DNA of 64,000 nucleotides from positions 32,001 to 96,000 of the forward strand of contig CAZSKP010000015.1 in NCBI GenBank assembly GCA_964607485.1, read 5' to 3'. This stretch comes from an uncultured bacterium. GTDB taxonomy: Bacteria; Abyssobacteria; SURF-5. A model generated the notes under the pieces. It did no database searches. It was not told where the DNA came from and saw only the letters and a program-made list of their open reading frames with translations. How positions within the stretch are numbered: position 1 is the first letter of the stretch; every line of letters starts with the position of its first letter. Made by a program: the position numbers and the translations under genes. This document shows positions 34,999 through 45,536 of the stretch, in pieces.

Positions 34999-35628
34999 GT
35001 GGCTAAACAAAAATCAATCGCTATCAGAGAATCAATCCTCGAATCCGCCACTAAGGTGTTCGCCAAGACGGGCTTCTATAAGGCGAAGGCCGTTGAAATC
35101 GCCCGCAGGGCCAACATCGCGGTCGGGACTATCTATAACTATTTCAAAAACAAGGACGACATACTGATCTCGATTTTCAACGAGCGCATAGGCGAGCTCA
35201 ATCGTTCGTTGAGAACCGCGATACAGCAGACCGACGACCCGGACGAAAAACTGGGAATCATCCTCGACTCCACAATCTCGATGATGGAAAGCGACAGAGA
35301 GCTTGCCGAGGTAGTCACGATCGAGCTGCGCCAGAGCAGCAAATTTTTCTCGAGCACGGCTATCGCTTCCGTAGTGGAGTTTCTCGACATCTTGACCGAC
35401 GTCATTCATCAGGGGCAGCAGCGGGGTATCTACCGGGCCGACATGGATGCGAGGGTGGTGGCGCTCATCGCGCTTGGCGGACTCGAAAACCTGCTCCACG
35501 TGTGGGTGCTGAGCGACAGGGTTCCGGAACTGAAGTCGAAATACAGCATCTCGCTGGCAGAGGGCAGGGAGGCGTTCAAGGGGCTGGTCAAGTACGGGCT
35601 TCGCCGTGACGCTCGAGAGCTCGAGTAG
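34999..35628 (+). CDS. TetR/AcrR family regulator (YsiA/FadR-like)
   Basis: HTH IARRANIAVGTIYNYFKNKDDIL; ELRQS in the C-terminal domain. Confidence 0.92.
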   Translation: MAKQKSIAIRESILESATKVFAKTGFYKAKAVEIARRANIAVGTIYNYFKNKDDILISIFNERIGELNRSLRTAIQQTDDPDEKLGIILDSTISMMESDRELAEVVTIELRQSSKFFSSTAIASVVEFLDILTDVIHQGQQRGIYRADMDARVVALIALGGLENLLHVWVLSDRVPELKSKYSISLAEGREAFKGLVKYGLRRDARELE

Positions 35629-35740
35629 GGAACGGAAGCGCGTCGGCAGAAGGGAAGCATTGCCCAGGAGGAGCCAGGTTGTGAAGCGTGACTCGACTGC
35701 GAATGTGTTAAGAGAGGGCGGTTTTTTTAAACTCTGGTGT

Positions 35741-35760
35741 ATGAATGAAGCTTCATTCAT
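35741..35760. promoter_or_regulatory. TetR operator 2
   Basis: Perfect 20-bp palindrome ATGAATGAAGCTTCATTCAT upstream of the MMPL gene. Confidence 0.82.
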
Positions 35761-35799
35761 GTGATAAGGATCGGCTGACTCTGTTATGAAGAGGCTTCC

Positions 35800-38238
35800 A
35801 TGAAAGCCGAGCTTCAACAAAACTACCGACAGGCGAACTGGATTATTCGACGAGTGCTGAGGCGTCCGCGGCTCACCATCTTTCTCTTCGTGCTGACGGT
35901 CCTCGTTCTATCGCTCGGAATCGGAAAAGTGAAATTCGTCAACCGGTTTGAGAGGGACCTGCCGGAAGACGACCCCATTCTCCAGACCAATCGCCGATTC
36001 GAGGAGGTCTTCGGCGAGCGTGACCTTCTCATGGTGGCCCTCGTGAATGAGGGGGGAATCTATAATGAGGAAACCCTCACGAAGCTTTTTGAAATCACAC
36101 GTGAGCTCGAAGAGGTCGAGGGAGTGATTCCGGGGAGCGTCAAGTCGCTCTGCACCGTGAAGAACATATCCGGCTCCGACTCTGTGCTCGACATCGGGCC
36201 TTTCTTCGAAGAGCCGCCTCGCACGGAGGAAGAGGTCGCGAAGATACGTGAATCGGTCGAGAACAATTTCATGGCGCGCGGACGGCTTGTCTCTCACGAC
36301 GGGACGGCCACCGTATTGCGTGCCAACCTTGCGTCCGACCACGACGTTGCGAAAGTGTACGAGCAGACGCGCGCCATCGCGCAGAAGTACTCCGGGCCGG
36401 AGCGCATGTACATCACCGGCGACACGGTGGTGGATTACGAGGTCACCAGCTCCATGCGAAAAGATGTCGCGATGCTGTTCCCCGTTGCGCTCATTCTTGC
36501 CGTGGCGATACTTCTCGTCGCGTTTCGAAGATTCGGCAGCGTTGTGGCTCCGTGCGCTGCGGTCATCGCAACGACAGCAGCATCGCTCGGTCTGATGGGA
36601 TTTCTCGGATTGCCGGTGACCGTGGTCGGCAGCATTCTGCCGGTGGTCATCGTGGCGGTCGTGAGCGCGTATGGCATCCACATTGTCAATATCTTCGACC
36701 ATGAATGCGCAAAGGGAGGCGCGCGCAAGGATGTTCTCCGCCGGACGATGAACGCCGTGAGCGGGCCTGTCGCGATATCGGCGCTAACGTCGGCGATCGG
36801 GTTCGGTTCTCTCATCATTTTCAAGATTCGCTCCATACATGATTTCGGCCTCGTCCTGGCCATTGCGATTCTGTTCGGACTCTGTTCTTCCGTGATATTC
36901 ATCCCGGCTGTCCTCGCAATTCTTCCGTCTAAAAGCGTTCGACGGAAGGAGTCGAACACATCGGCGTTTGTCGATTGGGTCATCCTTGGTTTCTATGAAT
37001 TCGTTCAGAGGCGCAGGAAGATATTTGCGGTCGCCGTGGCGGCAGGGTTTCTCCTCTCGGTGGCGGCCACGTCCAGATTGAAGGTGGGGCTCGAACCCGC
37101 GAAGGTTTTTCCCGAGGGTCATCCCACGCGTCAGTCGCTCGACGTCTTCAACGAGGAACTCGGCGGCTCGACACATTTCAACGTGATGATCGACACCGGT
37201 CATGCCGACGGAATCATAGAGCCGGCGACGCTCGAGAAGATGGACGAGTTTCAGAAATTCGCCGAGTCGGAGCAACACGTCGGCTATGCCACCTCCTTTG
37301 TCGACGTGGTCAGGAGGCTGCATTCCGAACTGACAGCCGAAGAGCCCGAGGCCGGTTCGCTGCCCGAAGACAAGTCTCAGGTGGCGCAGTATCTGCTCCT
37401 CTACAGCCTTTCGGGCGACCCGACCGATTTCGAGGATTTAGTGGATTATGAGTATCGGAGGGCGAGGCTCGTCGTCATGCTCGACACGTACGACGACGCC
37501 GAACACCTCGAGCTGTACGAGAAGTTGAAGGGGAAGGCGGAGGAACTCTTCGGGGGCGGCGCCCACACGGAATTCGGCGGGCGCGCAATGATCCTGATCG
37601 GCCAGGACCGCTACATAGTTGTCGGCAAGATCCTGAACATTATCTGCTCGCTCGCGATAGTGTGGATGGTTTGCACGCTGTATTTCCGTTCTGTGAGCGC
37701 AGGCCTGTTAAGCATAGTGCCGCTTGGCGTCGCGACCGTTTACACGTTCGGCCTGATGGGTGTGACAGGGATGAGGCTGAACATGGCGACTGCGATGACC
37801 ACGGGCATAGCCGTCGGGGTCGGGGTCGATTTCGCCGTCCACTACATACACCGTTTCCGCGAGGAGTTTCTGCGGAGCGGCGACGACACGCTGGCCGTCC
37901 GGAACACCCTGCTCACGACCGGAAAAGGCATCATCTTCAACACGCTCTCGGTCTCGTTCGGATTCCTCGTGTTCATGGGGTCGCGGTTCCAGGTGTTGCA
38001 CGACTTCGGCTGGCTCATAGCGCTGACCATGCTCACGTGCGCCGCGGGCACCCTGATGTTTCTGCCGCCTCTTATCCGCGTGTTGCGCCCGTATTTCATC
38101 TACGGCAAAGAGCCACAATACATCACGATGGTTCTTTCTTTGCCGCAAGTGCGAATTCCGGGAACAAGACTGGAGCTCGGCCTCGACGCCCCATCTTGGC
38201 TGAGCTCCGGACTGAAGAGGATTTCTCACTATTTTTGA
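35800..38238 (+). CDS. MMPL/RND family lipid transporter
   Basis: Two repeats of TM, large loop and 5 TM; AYGIHI and GVGVDFAVHY motifs. Confidence 0.88.
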   Translation: MKAELQQNYRQANWIIRRVLRRPRLTIFLFVLTVLVLSLGIGKVKFVNRFERDLPEDDPILQTNRRFEEVFGERDLLMVALVNEGGIYNEETLTKLFEITRELEEVEGVIPGSVKSLCTVKNISGSDSVLDIGPFFEEPPRTEEEVAKIRESVENNFMARGRLVSHDGTATVLRANLASDHDVAKVYEQTRAIAQKYSGPERMYITGDTVVDYEVTSSMRKDVAMLFPVALILAVAILLVAFRRFGSVVAPCAAVIATTAASLGLMGFLGLPVTVVGSILPVVIVAVVSAYGIHIVNIFDHECAKGGARKDVLRRTMNAVSGPVAISALTSAIGFGSLIIFKIRSIHDFGLVLAIAILFGLCSSVIFIPAVLAILPSKSVRRKESNTSAFVDWVILGFYEFVQRRRKIFAVAVAAGFLLSVAATSRLKVGLEPAKVFPEGHPTRQSLDVFNEELGGSTHFNVMIDTGHADGIIEPATLEKMDEFQKFAESEQHVGYATSFVDVVRRLHSELTAEEPEAGSLPEDKSQVAQYLLLYSLSGDPTDFEDLVDYEYRRARLVVMLDTYDDAEHLELYEKLKGKAEELFGGGAHTEFGGRAMILIGQDRYIVVGKILNIICSLAIVWMVCTLYFRSVSAGLLSIVPLGVATVYTFGLMGVTGMRLNMATAMTTGIAVGVGVDFAVHYIHRFREEFLRSGDDTLAVRNTLLTTGKGIIFNTLSVSFGFLVFMGSRFQVLHDFGWLIALTMLTCAAGTLMFLPPLIRVLRPYFIYGKEPQYITMVLSLPQVRIPGTRLELGLDAPSWLSSGLKRISHYF

Positions 38239-38257
38239 AAAGCGCCGGAAGGAGAGA

Positions 38258-38287
38258 AGGCTGGGTGCCACCCCTAACACCCAGCCT
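38258..38287. terminator. Hairpin between convergent genes (possible terminator)
   Basis: AGGCTGGGTG-N10-CACCCAGCCT 10-bp stem; no clear U-tract. Confidence 0.4.
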
Positions 38288-38369
38288 GATGAGGAAGAGA
38301 CATAATCATAAGAGATTATGAAAATACTATAACATAGTCCTTTTCAAAAATCCAGCGTTCCCTCGACTG

Positions 38370-40229
38370 CTAGTCATCTTTTGCGTTAAGTTTCCGGCTG
38401 GTCGACGAGGAGCCCTCCGTGTGCAACTGTTTCCCGGAGCGCTCGTCCCGATTCTCAAGTTTTCTTCTCGCGTTCTGGATGTTCCGCCTCACCTGTTCCG
38501 CGTGGGGGAACAGCTCCAGTTCCTTCTCGTATTCCTTGATGGCCGCTTCATACTCACCCATCATTTCGTACGCCACTCCCATATTGCTGTGAACCCATTG
38601 GAGGAAGGGGGCCAGCTCCAGCGCCGTTTTGTACTCGGCGACGGCTCGCTTGTAGTTTCCTCTGTAAAAATAAGCAAGCCCCAAGTTGAAATGGGCTTTC
38701 GCAAATCTATCCGCCACCCTCGCGGGGATGTCGGAGGCGTCTGGGAACTTGGCCAACGTTGTACTGAGCAGAGCGATGGCTTCTTGATGTTTGCCGGTCT
38801 GCAGGTAAAGAGAGCCGAGGCTGAGGCGGGCGTCGGGAGAGTCCGGGTCGAGGGACACCGCCGTGTTGAGTTCCCACAGGGCTCTGTCTGTGTCGCCCAT
38901 TCCCGCCAGCACCATGCCCAGGTTGGTATGAGGCCTTGCTTTTCCGGGAGACTTTTCCGTCGCATCCTTCCACAGAGTGTATTCGTTTTTCCACACACCG
39001 TTACGGCTGATCGTGAGAGCGGATAGAAGAAGGACAGTGGCGACGACCGCCGTGTTTATCAATTTCGCATGCTCCGTCTCAGAAAGGCCGCGAAGGGGCG
39101 CGTCGTAGAGTTTAGCCAGAAATGACGCCGCCACAAAAAGGACTCCTATCGAAGGCAGGTACACCCAACGCTCGCTTATGACGTCCCACAGGGGGATTAT
39201 CGAGGAAGTGGGCGTGAGCGTTATCAGGAACCAGAGGATTCCGAACGAGGCCAGTTTATTTTTCTTGAAGAGGAACACGGCTGAAAGCGTGAGGAGCAAG
39301 AGGAAGAGGAATGCCAGAAAAGTCGAGGGCTCGAAAAGCGAATGGGACAGGGGAAAATCGTAATCGATATTCTGTCCCATCGGAAGAAAGATGAGGCGCA
39401 GATAAGTGACGATGACGCGCATCTGAGTGAACAGGTTTGTGCTGATGCTGCGGATGGGGCGCGTTTCACCGATGGCTCCCAGATAAACAATTCTCCAAAC
39501 CAATATTCCCGCCAGCACAAGCAGGAAGGGAATCACTTTCAATACCGACCGCTTCAGCTTCCTCCAATCTCCCTGCTCGACAAAATAGAAGTCGAGAATC
39601 AAGAGGACCGCCGGGAGAGTCGCATTCGATTCTTTCACCCATAAGGAGAGGAAGAACGCCAGCACGGCTCCCGCAAAGAAGGCCGCGTGGGCCGGTCGCC
39701 GGCCACCGGCGTCGCCGTCTGTTCCGGGAAAAAACGCCCTCATGTACAGAGACAGCGAGAGCAGGAAAAAGACGGTCGCCAGCGAAGAGGTGCGGCCGCT
39801 CACGTAGGTGACTGCCTCCGTCATGACGGGATGGGCCGCGAACATCAACGCAACAAAGAGTGGAATATGTCGGGCCCCGGCTGATGCGACGCCTTTGCGT
39901 CTTATCCGGAGGACGCGAAGAATGCCGGAGGCGATGAAATAGAGAAGTATCGCATTGGCCAGGTGAAACAGAAAATTGGAGATGTGATAACCGAACGGGT
40001 CGAGCTTGTAGAAGTGGTAGTCAATCGCAAACGAGTACATCAGCAGGAACCTGCCGGGATACAGCCTGAAGAGTTCGCCGACATTGCCCAGGCTGCGCAC
40101 CGCTGCGTTGCCGCCGGCCGCAAAATAGTCGTCGAAGTGAAAGGAGGTGCCGAACGAATTCAAATAGACAATCAGGCAGAGCAGCGAAACCAGCAGCACG
40201 TTCACGAGGTGTCTATTTCTGTTCGTCAT
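38370..40229 (-). CDS. TMTC-like GT-C membrane glycosyltransferase with C-terminal TPRs
   Basis: FHFDD, HPVMTEAVTYVSGR, KE, ERWVYLPS and RNGVWKNEYTLW motifs, then TPR repeats. Confidence 0.85.
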   Translation of the reverse strand: MTNRNRHLVNVLLVSLLCLIVYLNSFGTSFHFDDYFAAGGNAAVRSLGNVGELFRLYPGRFLLMYSFAIDYHFYKLDPFGYHISNFLFHLANAILLYFIASGILRVLRIRRKGVASAGARHIPLFVALMFAAHPVMTEAVTYVSGRTSSLATVFFLLSLSLYMRAFFPGTDGDAGGRRPAHAAFFAGAVLAFFLSLWVKESNATLPAVLLILDFYFVEQGDWRKLKRSVLKVIPFLLVLAGILVWRIVYLGAIGETRPIRSISTNLFTQMRVIVTYLRLIFLPMGQNIDYDFPLSHSLFEPSTFLAFLFLLLLTLSAVFLFKKNKLASFGILWFLITLTPTSSIIPLWDVISERWVYLPSIGVLFVAASFLAKLYDAPLRGLSETEHAKLINTAVVATVLLLSALTISRNGVWKNEYTLWKDATEKSPGKARPHTNLGMVLAGMGDTDRALWELNTAVSLDPDSPDARLSLGSLYLQTGKHQEAIALLSTTLAKFPDASDIPARVADRFAKAHFNLGLAYFYRGNYKRAVAEYKTALELAPFLQWVHSNMGVAYEMMGEYEAAIKEYEKELELFPHAEQVRRNIQNARRKLENRDERSGKQLHTEGSSSTSRKLNAKDD

Positions 40230-40571
40230 ATTTTCGGTTCGCGCGAGAACGCCGGCCGCTCCCGGAAGGTCGGCAGGCGCATTCTCTCATCCGTCATGGG
40301 CCGCCGCTTTGGTGAGGATGTGTTTCTTATTGATGTCGGGTGGAACACCGTGCGGGAACAACCATAACCTGCGTCAGAATTCGTTGTCACATTTAGACCT
40401 GAGGCGGTTAGGATTCTAGCATAGTGACATGAGGGTGTCAAACGCGCTCGCAGCTCCAGGCGATGAGGCATCATACTCGCATTCGCTTGTCAAAGATTCC
40501 CGATAATGACAACATTGATTATGTGCAGATTGCGGATATGTTGTATGCCTCAAGGGTAATAGGAGCAGATA

Positions 40572-41660
40572 ATGGAAACAAAGAACAATTCCAGTTTGAA
40601 CCACTCAAAGAATGACAAGACGGGCTTTGACCGGAGGAAATTCATCGCCTATTCGGCCGGCGCCGGCGTCGGCCTGATAGCGATTGCCTCAGGAGGAAGA
40701 AGCGTCGCCCGCATGCTCAAGTCGCCGCCCGCCCAGGGTGCCCAACCGCCTCTCGCGGCGGCAGGAAGCAGCCGCGTCGTTGTGATACGGAGCGAAAACC
40801 TCTTCCGGAAGAATCCGGCCGGCCCGGAGAAAACTGAAGTCGAGCGAATGCTGCAAGCGAGCATCAAAAACCTTTTCGATGCCAATGATTCCACTTCCGC
40901 CTTGCGGAAACTCTTCACGCCCGACGACGTCGTCGGGATAAAGGTCAACTGCATCGCCGGTCCGAATCTCTCAACTCATCCCCGCGTGGTGGCGGCCATA
41001 GTCTCGGAATTGGAAAAGATTCCCATTCCCAGAGAGAGAATAACTATCTGGGACCGAACGGGCAGAGAGCTGGAGAGCGCCGGATACGGCGTCAATATCG
41101 ACGGACCCGGCGTGAGGTGTTACGGAACCGACGCCGTCGGGTACGAAGACAAGCCATCGTCGCGGGGAAGTTTCAACGGGCGTCTTAGCAAGATTCTCAC
41201 TCGGCGGATCACGGCGCTTGTGAATGTGCCCATCCTGAAAAACCACGGCGGCGCGGGAGTCACGGTCGCGATGAAGAATCACTACGGTTCCTTCCACAAT
41301 CCCGGCCGTCATCACGGGAATGGGTGCGACCCATACATCGCCGACCTCAATTCGCTGGATGAAATCAAGGCCAAGACGAAGCTCATCGTGTGCGATGCGA
41401 CAAGGGCTACGTGCAACGGCGGGCCGGGCTACAAGCCTGCCTTCGTCTGGCCGTATTCCGGGCTGATCCTTTCGTGCGACCCCGTGGCGATGGACACAGT
41501 CGGCGCCAGGATTATCGACGAAAGACGAGCGGAAATCGGCCTCCCCACGCTTGTCGAAGCGGGAAGGCATCCGCGATGGCTTGCCTCCGCCGCCGAGAGA
41601 GGGCTCGGAAACACCGAGACGAACAAGATCGACCGGAGAACTCTGACCCTCCCGGCGTGA
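40572..41660 (+). CDS. DUF362 family protein with Tat signal
   Basis: DRRKFI twin-arginine signal; IKVN, NVPILKNH, MKNHYG and DPVAMD motifs. Confidence 0.85.
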   Translation: METKNNSSLNHSKNDKTGFDRRKFIAYSAGAGVGLIAIASGGRSVARMLKSPPAQGAQPPLAAAGSSRVVVIRSENLFRKNPAGPEKTEVERMLQASIKNLFDANDSTSALRKLFTPDDVVGIKVNCIAGPNLSTHPRVVAAIVSELEKIPIPRERITIWDRTGRELESAGYGVNIDGPGVRCYGTDAVGYEDKPSSRGSFNGRLSKILTRRITALVNVPILKNHGGAGVTVAMKNHYGSFHNPGRHHGNGCDPYIADLNSLDEIKAKTKLIVCDATRATCNGGPGYKPAFVWPYSGLILSCDPVAMDTVGARIIDERRAEIGLPTLVEAGRHPRWLASAAERGLGNTETNKIDRRTLTLPA

Positions 41661-41820
41661 TGAACTCGGCATAGCGGAGAGTCGCAGACCGGCTCTCGGT
41701 GGGAGAAGAACATACCAGTTCGATCCGAGGAGTCAGATAGTCAGAAGAAATATGGAGAGCTGTTACATTGTTTTTGTGAATGGTCGCAATCGTATTTGAG
41801 GGCATAGGTGTCATGACTCC

Positions 41821-41848
41821 GTAGGGGCGAACGGCCGTGCGCCCCTAC
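41821..41848. repeat. GTAG-type REP-like palindrome
   Basis: GTAGGGGCGAACGGCCGTGCGCCCCTAC; related copies at 54775 and 58386. Confidence 0.75.
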
Positions 41849-41877
41849 AAGAGTCAACAAGAAAAGTCGAAAGGCTG

Positions 41878-42387
41878 TTACCCTCCCCAAGGCATATTGG
41901 AATACGTCTCACTGAGCTTATCGCGGAATTCCCTGAAAAACTTCTCGTGGCCCTTTTCCCAGCGGGCAAGCATCTTCAAGGCGTCACTCGGTGCTCCCTC
42001 GGTCTTCTCGGCCATTCTTTCGTAAAACTCGCTCAGGTCTTTCTCGATCAGCCACGCCGTGTTGAACACCGTCACGTCGGGGACCATTGACTCATGAATG
42101 CATTGCTCGAGGAATTCCGCCTTGGCGCGCTCGTCGAAATAGTTGGTCGGTTCCAGCGCGGCGCCTTTCGCACCTGACAGGTCGATATCGGCACCCCGCT
42201 CCAGACCTTCCAGAATCGTCGTGATGAACTCGATGTGGTGCTTCTCTTCTTCGATCAATCGCGTGAACGCGTCGACCGCGTCTCCGACCCCCATCCGGCG
42301 AAGCGAGGTCTCGAAGAAGCTCATCCCGGTCTTTTCCTGGTTGAGCGCATATTCGAAAATCTTGATCAGGTTCTGATTCTTGGCCAT
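41878..42387 (-). CDS. Ferritin-like / rubrerythrin-family protein
   Basis: ALNQEK, EEEKHH, IEKD and WEKGH diiron-type motifs; ATG 42387 after GGAGG. Confidence 0.85.
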   Translation of the reverse strand: MAKNQNLIKIFEYALNQEKTGMSFFETSLRRMGVGDAVDAFTRLIEEEKHHIEFITTILEGLERGADIDLSGAKGAALEPTNYFDERAKAEFLEQCIHESMVPDVTVFNTAWLIEKDLSEFYERMAEKTEGAPSDALKMLARWEKGHEKFFREFRDKLSETYSNMPWGG

Positions 42388-42514
42388 CTTCAATCCTCCA
42401 CGTACCAGCCTATCGGATACCAAGCCCGCCTTGTCCTCCAACTATGTATCATCGGATGCGACATTGGCTAAGGCCTCCAGGCCCGTTCATCCCATTTCTA
42501 CATATTGGAAGCGA

Positions 42515-42543
42515 TTGACTATGGGAATAGCGTTCACTATAAT
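42515..42543 (+). promoter_or_regulatory. Putative sigma70 promoter of the nitrilase gene
   Basis: TTGACT-N17-TATAAT. Confidence 0.65.
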
Positions 42544-42609
42544 GGCGGCAGTGTGAGCGATTTGTCAATGTTGCCCGGCCTGACTGTCATAAGCGGGAGG
42601 AGGCGTTAA

Positions 42610-43731
42610 GTGCCATTACCGTCCGAAAGATTCAAGGTGGCCGCAGTTCAAGCGGCGCCGTACCAGATGAACACCCAGGCCACCGTCGAAAAAGCGTGCA
42701 GACTCATTAAAGAGGCCTCGGCCAGCAATGTCAAATTGATTGTGTTCCCCGAATTGTTCGTCCCGGGCTATCCGAACGTGGTGCCGATGCGCTCGGGAGA
42801 CGAGCCGAGCATTCCTCTCACGACCGAGGGGAAAAGCTGGCTGGACTACTGGGCCGATTTCACCAGAGCCGCCATACGGGTGCCGGGCGACGAAACCGAC
42901 GCGCTGGGAATGGCGGCCGCAAAGGCGGGAGCCCATGTGGTCATCGGCGTGAATGAGCGCGACGAAGAGTTCGGACCCGGCACGGCCGTATTCAACACGC
43001 TCGTCCTTATCGGGCCCGATGGCAAATACATCGGACGGCACAGGAAGCTGGTTCCCACGTTTCACGAACAGCTCTACCACAGCCGCGGCGATGGGGGCGA
43101 CCTGAGGGTGTTCGACACCGATATCGGAAAGCTCGGTATGACAATATGTTATGAACATCTCCAGCCATTGATGAAATTCTCGTATTTCGCGATGGGAGAG
43201 CAGATACATTGCGCCGCCTGGCCGGGATGTCCCGATGCGCCGCTGTCCATTCGCCATATCGTCGATACTGCCTCGCGTCAGTATGCCATAGAGGGCGGAC
43301 TGTTTGTCGTCCTGGCCTCACAGGTCGCCTCGCCCGACCCGGATTCGGCCCGCCATCGCTGCGCCTCGGAGTGGCGCTACTTTGGCGGGAGCGGCATCAT
43401 CAACCCACTGGGCCTGTATCTCGCGGGCCCTCTTTATGACGAGGAGGGCATACTGGTCGCCGAGATAGACCCCCAGGAAATCGGGCGGGCCAAGGCCATC
43501 GTCGATATCACCGGCATCAACTCCAGACCGGACGTCTTTTCCCTGAGTGTCCGGACAGCGGGAGCCCCCATCATCCAAAAGGTCGGCGCGGCACGAGAGC
43601 CCCGAGAGCCCCAGGAAGAGACCCCTCAATCCCCCCAGCCGGCGCGAGAGGGGAATCCTGCGGCACGAGATCGCGGGCGGCGGGGCAGGGGAGTCGCCGG
43701 CCGAAAAGGGCCAGCTCGACGTCGCCCCTGA
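42610..43731 (+). CDS. Nitrilase (carbon-nitrogen hydrolase family)
   Basis: E-K-C triad: FPELFVPGYP, HRKLVPT and ICYEH; low-complexity C-terminal tail. Confidence 0.9.
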   Translation: MPLPSERFKVAAVQAAPYQMNTQATVEKACRLIKEASASNVKLIVFPELFVPGYPNVVPMRSGDEPSIPLTTEGKSWLDYWADFTRAAIRVPGDETDALGMAAAKAGAHVVIGVNERDEEFGPGTAVFNTLVLIGPDGKYIGRHRKLVPTFHEQLYHSRGDGGDLRVFDTDIGKLGMTICYEHLQPLMKFSYFAMGEQIHCAAWPGCPDAPLSIRHIVDTASRQYAIEGGLFVVLASQVASPDPDSARHRCASEWRYFGGSGIINPLGLYLAGPLYDEEGILVAEIDPQEIGRAKAIVDITGINSRPDVFSLSVRTAGAPIIQKVGAAREPREPQEETPQSPQPAREGNPAARDRGRRGRGVAGRKGPARRRP

Positions 43732-44180
43732 CCTCCAGGGCTTGACATCCCCCATAAACGGCCCAATGCTCTCCGACCTCCCGGGCGGCGCCGAGGCCGC
43801 GGGAGGCGTCGCGGCCAGTTGTTCTGAAGAGGATTCGACCTGTCACTTCGCCTCCACACCAGACACACTCCTACCTCCAATCCTGTGACAATCGCGCGAC
43901 GGCCGAGGTGGGATTTCTCCAGGCGGCTGTTCCTACACAGCGCACTTTGGACGTCCGACGAACGAAAATTTACAAATTTCATTCTGCGCCTTAACATTCT
44001 ATTTATCAATATATTATCCATATAACGTTAAGGTAATATCTTAACTTATTTTCCCAAATGTGCCAGTATCGATTGCGCGTCATGAACAGTGGGAGCATGG
44101 AGGAAAAAGCCTGTTGAACGAACGTTTGGTTGAGGGCTCTTCAGTGGTCTCGCTGCTGGAAAAGCAGACCCGGTGAACGA

Positions 44181-45536
44181 TTAGATCTTCGGCGCGTCCT
44201 CGGTTGCCCGGGCGAACGCGATCCGGTTTCCGCCTGCCTTCTTGGCGTCATACATAGCCTTGTCGGCAATGTTGATGAAGTCTTCCAACCCGAGCGGGGG
44301 GCGGAACTCGGCGAGGCCGATGCTGAGGGTAAGCCGCTCCTTGAGGGATTGCGAGAGGGACTTCTGGAGGCGCTCGGCCACTTCGACGGCCTGGTCGGGC
44401 GTGGTCTCGGTGAGGATGATCGTGAACTCATCGCCGCCGTATCGGAAGGCATAGTCGACATGTTCGCGGGTGCAATCGGTTATGAGCGTGCCGACCTGCT
44501 CGAGGATGCGGTCTCCGGCCAGATGCCCCTTGGAGTCGTTCAGTTGCTTGAAATTATCCAGGTCCAGCAATAGCAGGCAAAGAGGGTGCTTCTGGCGGGT
44601 GGCGCGGGTCATCTCCTTTTCGAGCACGCGATAGAAGTGTCGCTGGTTGTAAAGAGATGTGAGGTTATCCTTTATCGAAAGCTCCTGCAGCTCGAGCTCG
44701 AGCTGTTTTTGTTCGGTGATATCCTTGAAAATGGCGATTATGCCGATTCTGTTGCCCTCCGCGTCCTGCAGGACCGAAGCCGACATGCTTGCGACTATCG
44801 TCCGATTGTCCTTAGGGGCAAGTTCGATCTCGTAGTTTTGGACCTTGCCCTGGACCAGGATGGTGCCTATGAGCTTGTCCGCGGCTTCCTTTCCCCCGGC
44901 GCAGAAGCCGGACAGCGAATGGCCCACTATCTCGTTCACCGGCTTTCCGAAGAGGTTCTCAGTCCATCGGTTACAGAACTGTATGCGTCGCTCGGTATCG
45001 AACGATATTATCGCGTCGACGGAGCTTTCAATCAGATTTTCGAGGTATTCCTTCGTCTCGCTGAGCTCGGTCAGCGTTTTCTCCTGTTCCTTGGTCGCCT
45101 CCCGGATTCTCTGTTCAAGAAACTGCTGGTAGTTCTTGTTCTCGATGATCAGCCTTTGTTTTTCCAGGGTGCGTTCGACGCTCAGCACGATGTGCTCGAG
45201 GTTGAACGGCTTGGCAATGTAGTCGTCGGCGCCGAGTTTCATGGCCCTGACGGCGCTGTCCACGTCGGTCCTGCCCGTGATCGCTATGATGCCGATAGTC
45301 GGATACTTCGTCTTCAGCACTTCGGTGAGGGTGAATCCGTCTATTCGGGGCATAAGGAGGTCGGTTATGACGATGTCGAAGGTCTGCTCACGGGCCATGG
45401 CGAGCGCGTTTTCAGCGTTTTCGGTCGTTTTGCAGGAGTACCCTTCGGCCTCGAGCTTGGCGGCCAAGACATCGAGCACCGTGGGATCATCATCGACAAT
45501 CAGCAGTCTGTAATTGGGATCACTCGTCTCCTTCAT
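44181..45536 (-). CDS. Response regulator receiver-PAS-GGDEF diguanylate cyclase
   Basis: IVDDD, TDLLMP and KPF receiver; PAS (DAIISFD); DLDNFK and RYGGDEF. Confidence 0.93.
   Translation of the reverse strand: MKETSDPNYRLLIVDDDPTVLDVLAAKLEAEGYSCKTTENAENALAMAREQTFDIVITDLLMPRIDGFTLTEVLKTKYPTIGIIAITGRTDVDSAVRAMKLGADDYIAKPFNLEHIVLSVERTLEKQRLIIENKNYQQFLEQRIREATKEQEKTLTELSETKEYLENLIESSVDAIISFDTERRIQFCNRWTENLFGKPVNEIVGHSLSGFCAGGKEAADKLIGTILVQGKVQNYEIELAPKDNRTIVASMSASVLQDAEGNRIGIIAIFKDITEQKQLELELQELSIKDNLTSLYNQRHFYRVLEKEMTRATRQKHPLCLLLLDLDNFKQLNDSKGHLAGDRILEQVGTLITDCTREHVDYAFRYGGDEFTIILTETTPDQAVEVAERLQKSLSQSLKERLTLSIGLAEFRPPLGLEDFINIADKAMYDAKKAGGNRIAFARATEDAPKI

Noticed and set aside
40226-40474. 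82-aa ORF or structured RNA upstream of the TMTC-like gene
   Set aside because: No recognisable protein motif, riboswitch or tRNA signature
43990-44050. dif site or replication origin in the AT-rich patch
   Set aside because: Only one imperfect DnaA-box-like 9-mer, and no convincing XerC/XerD arm spacing
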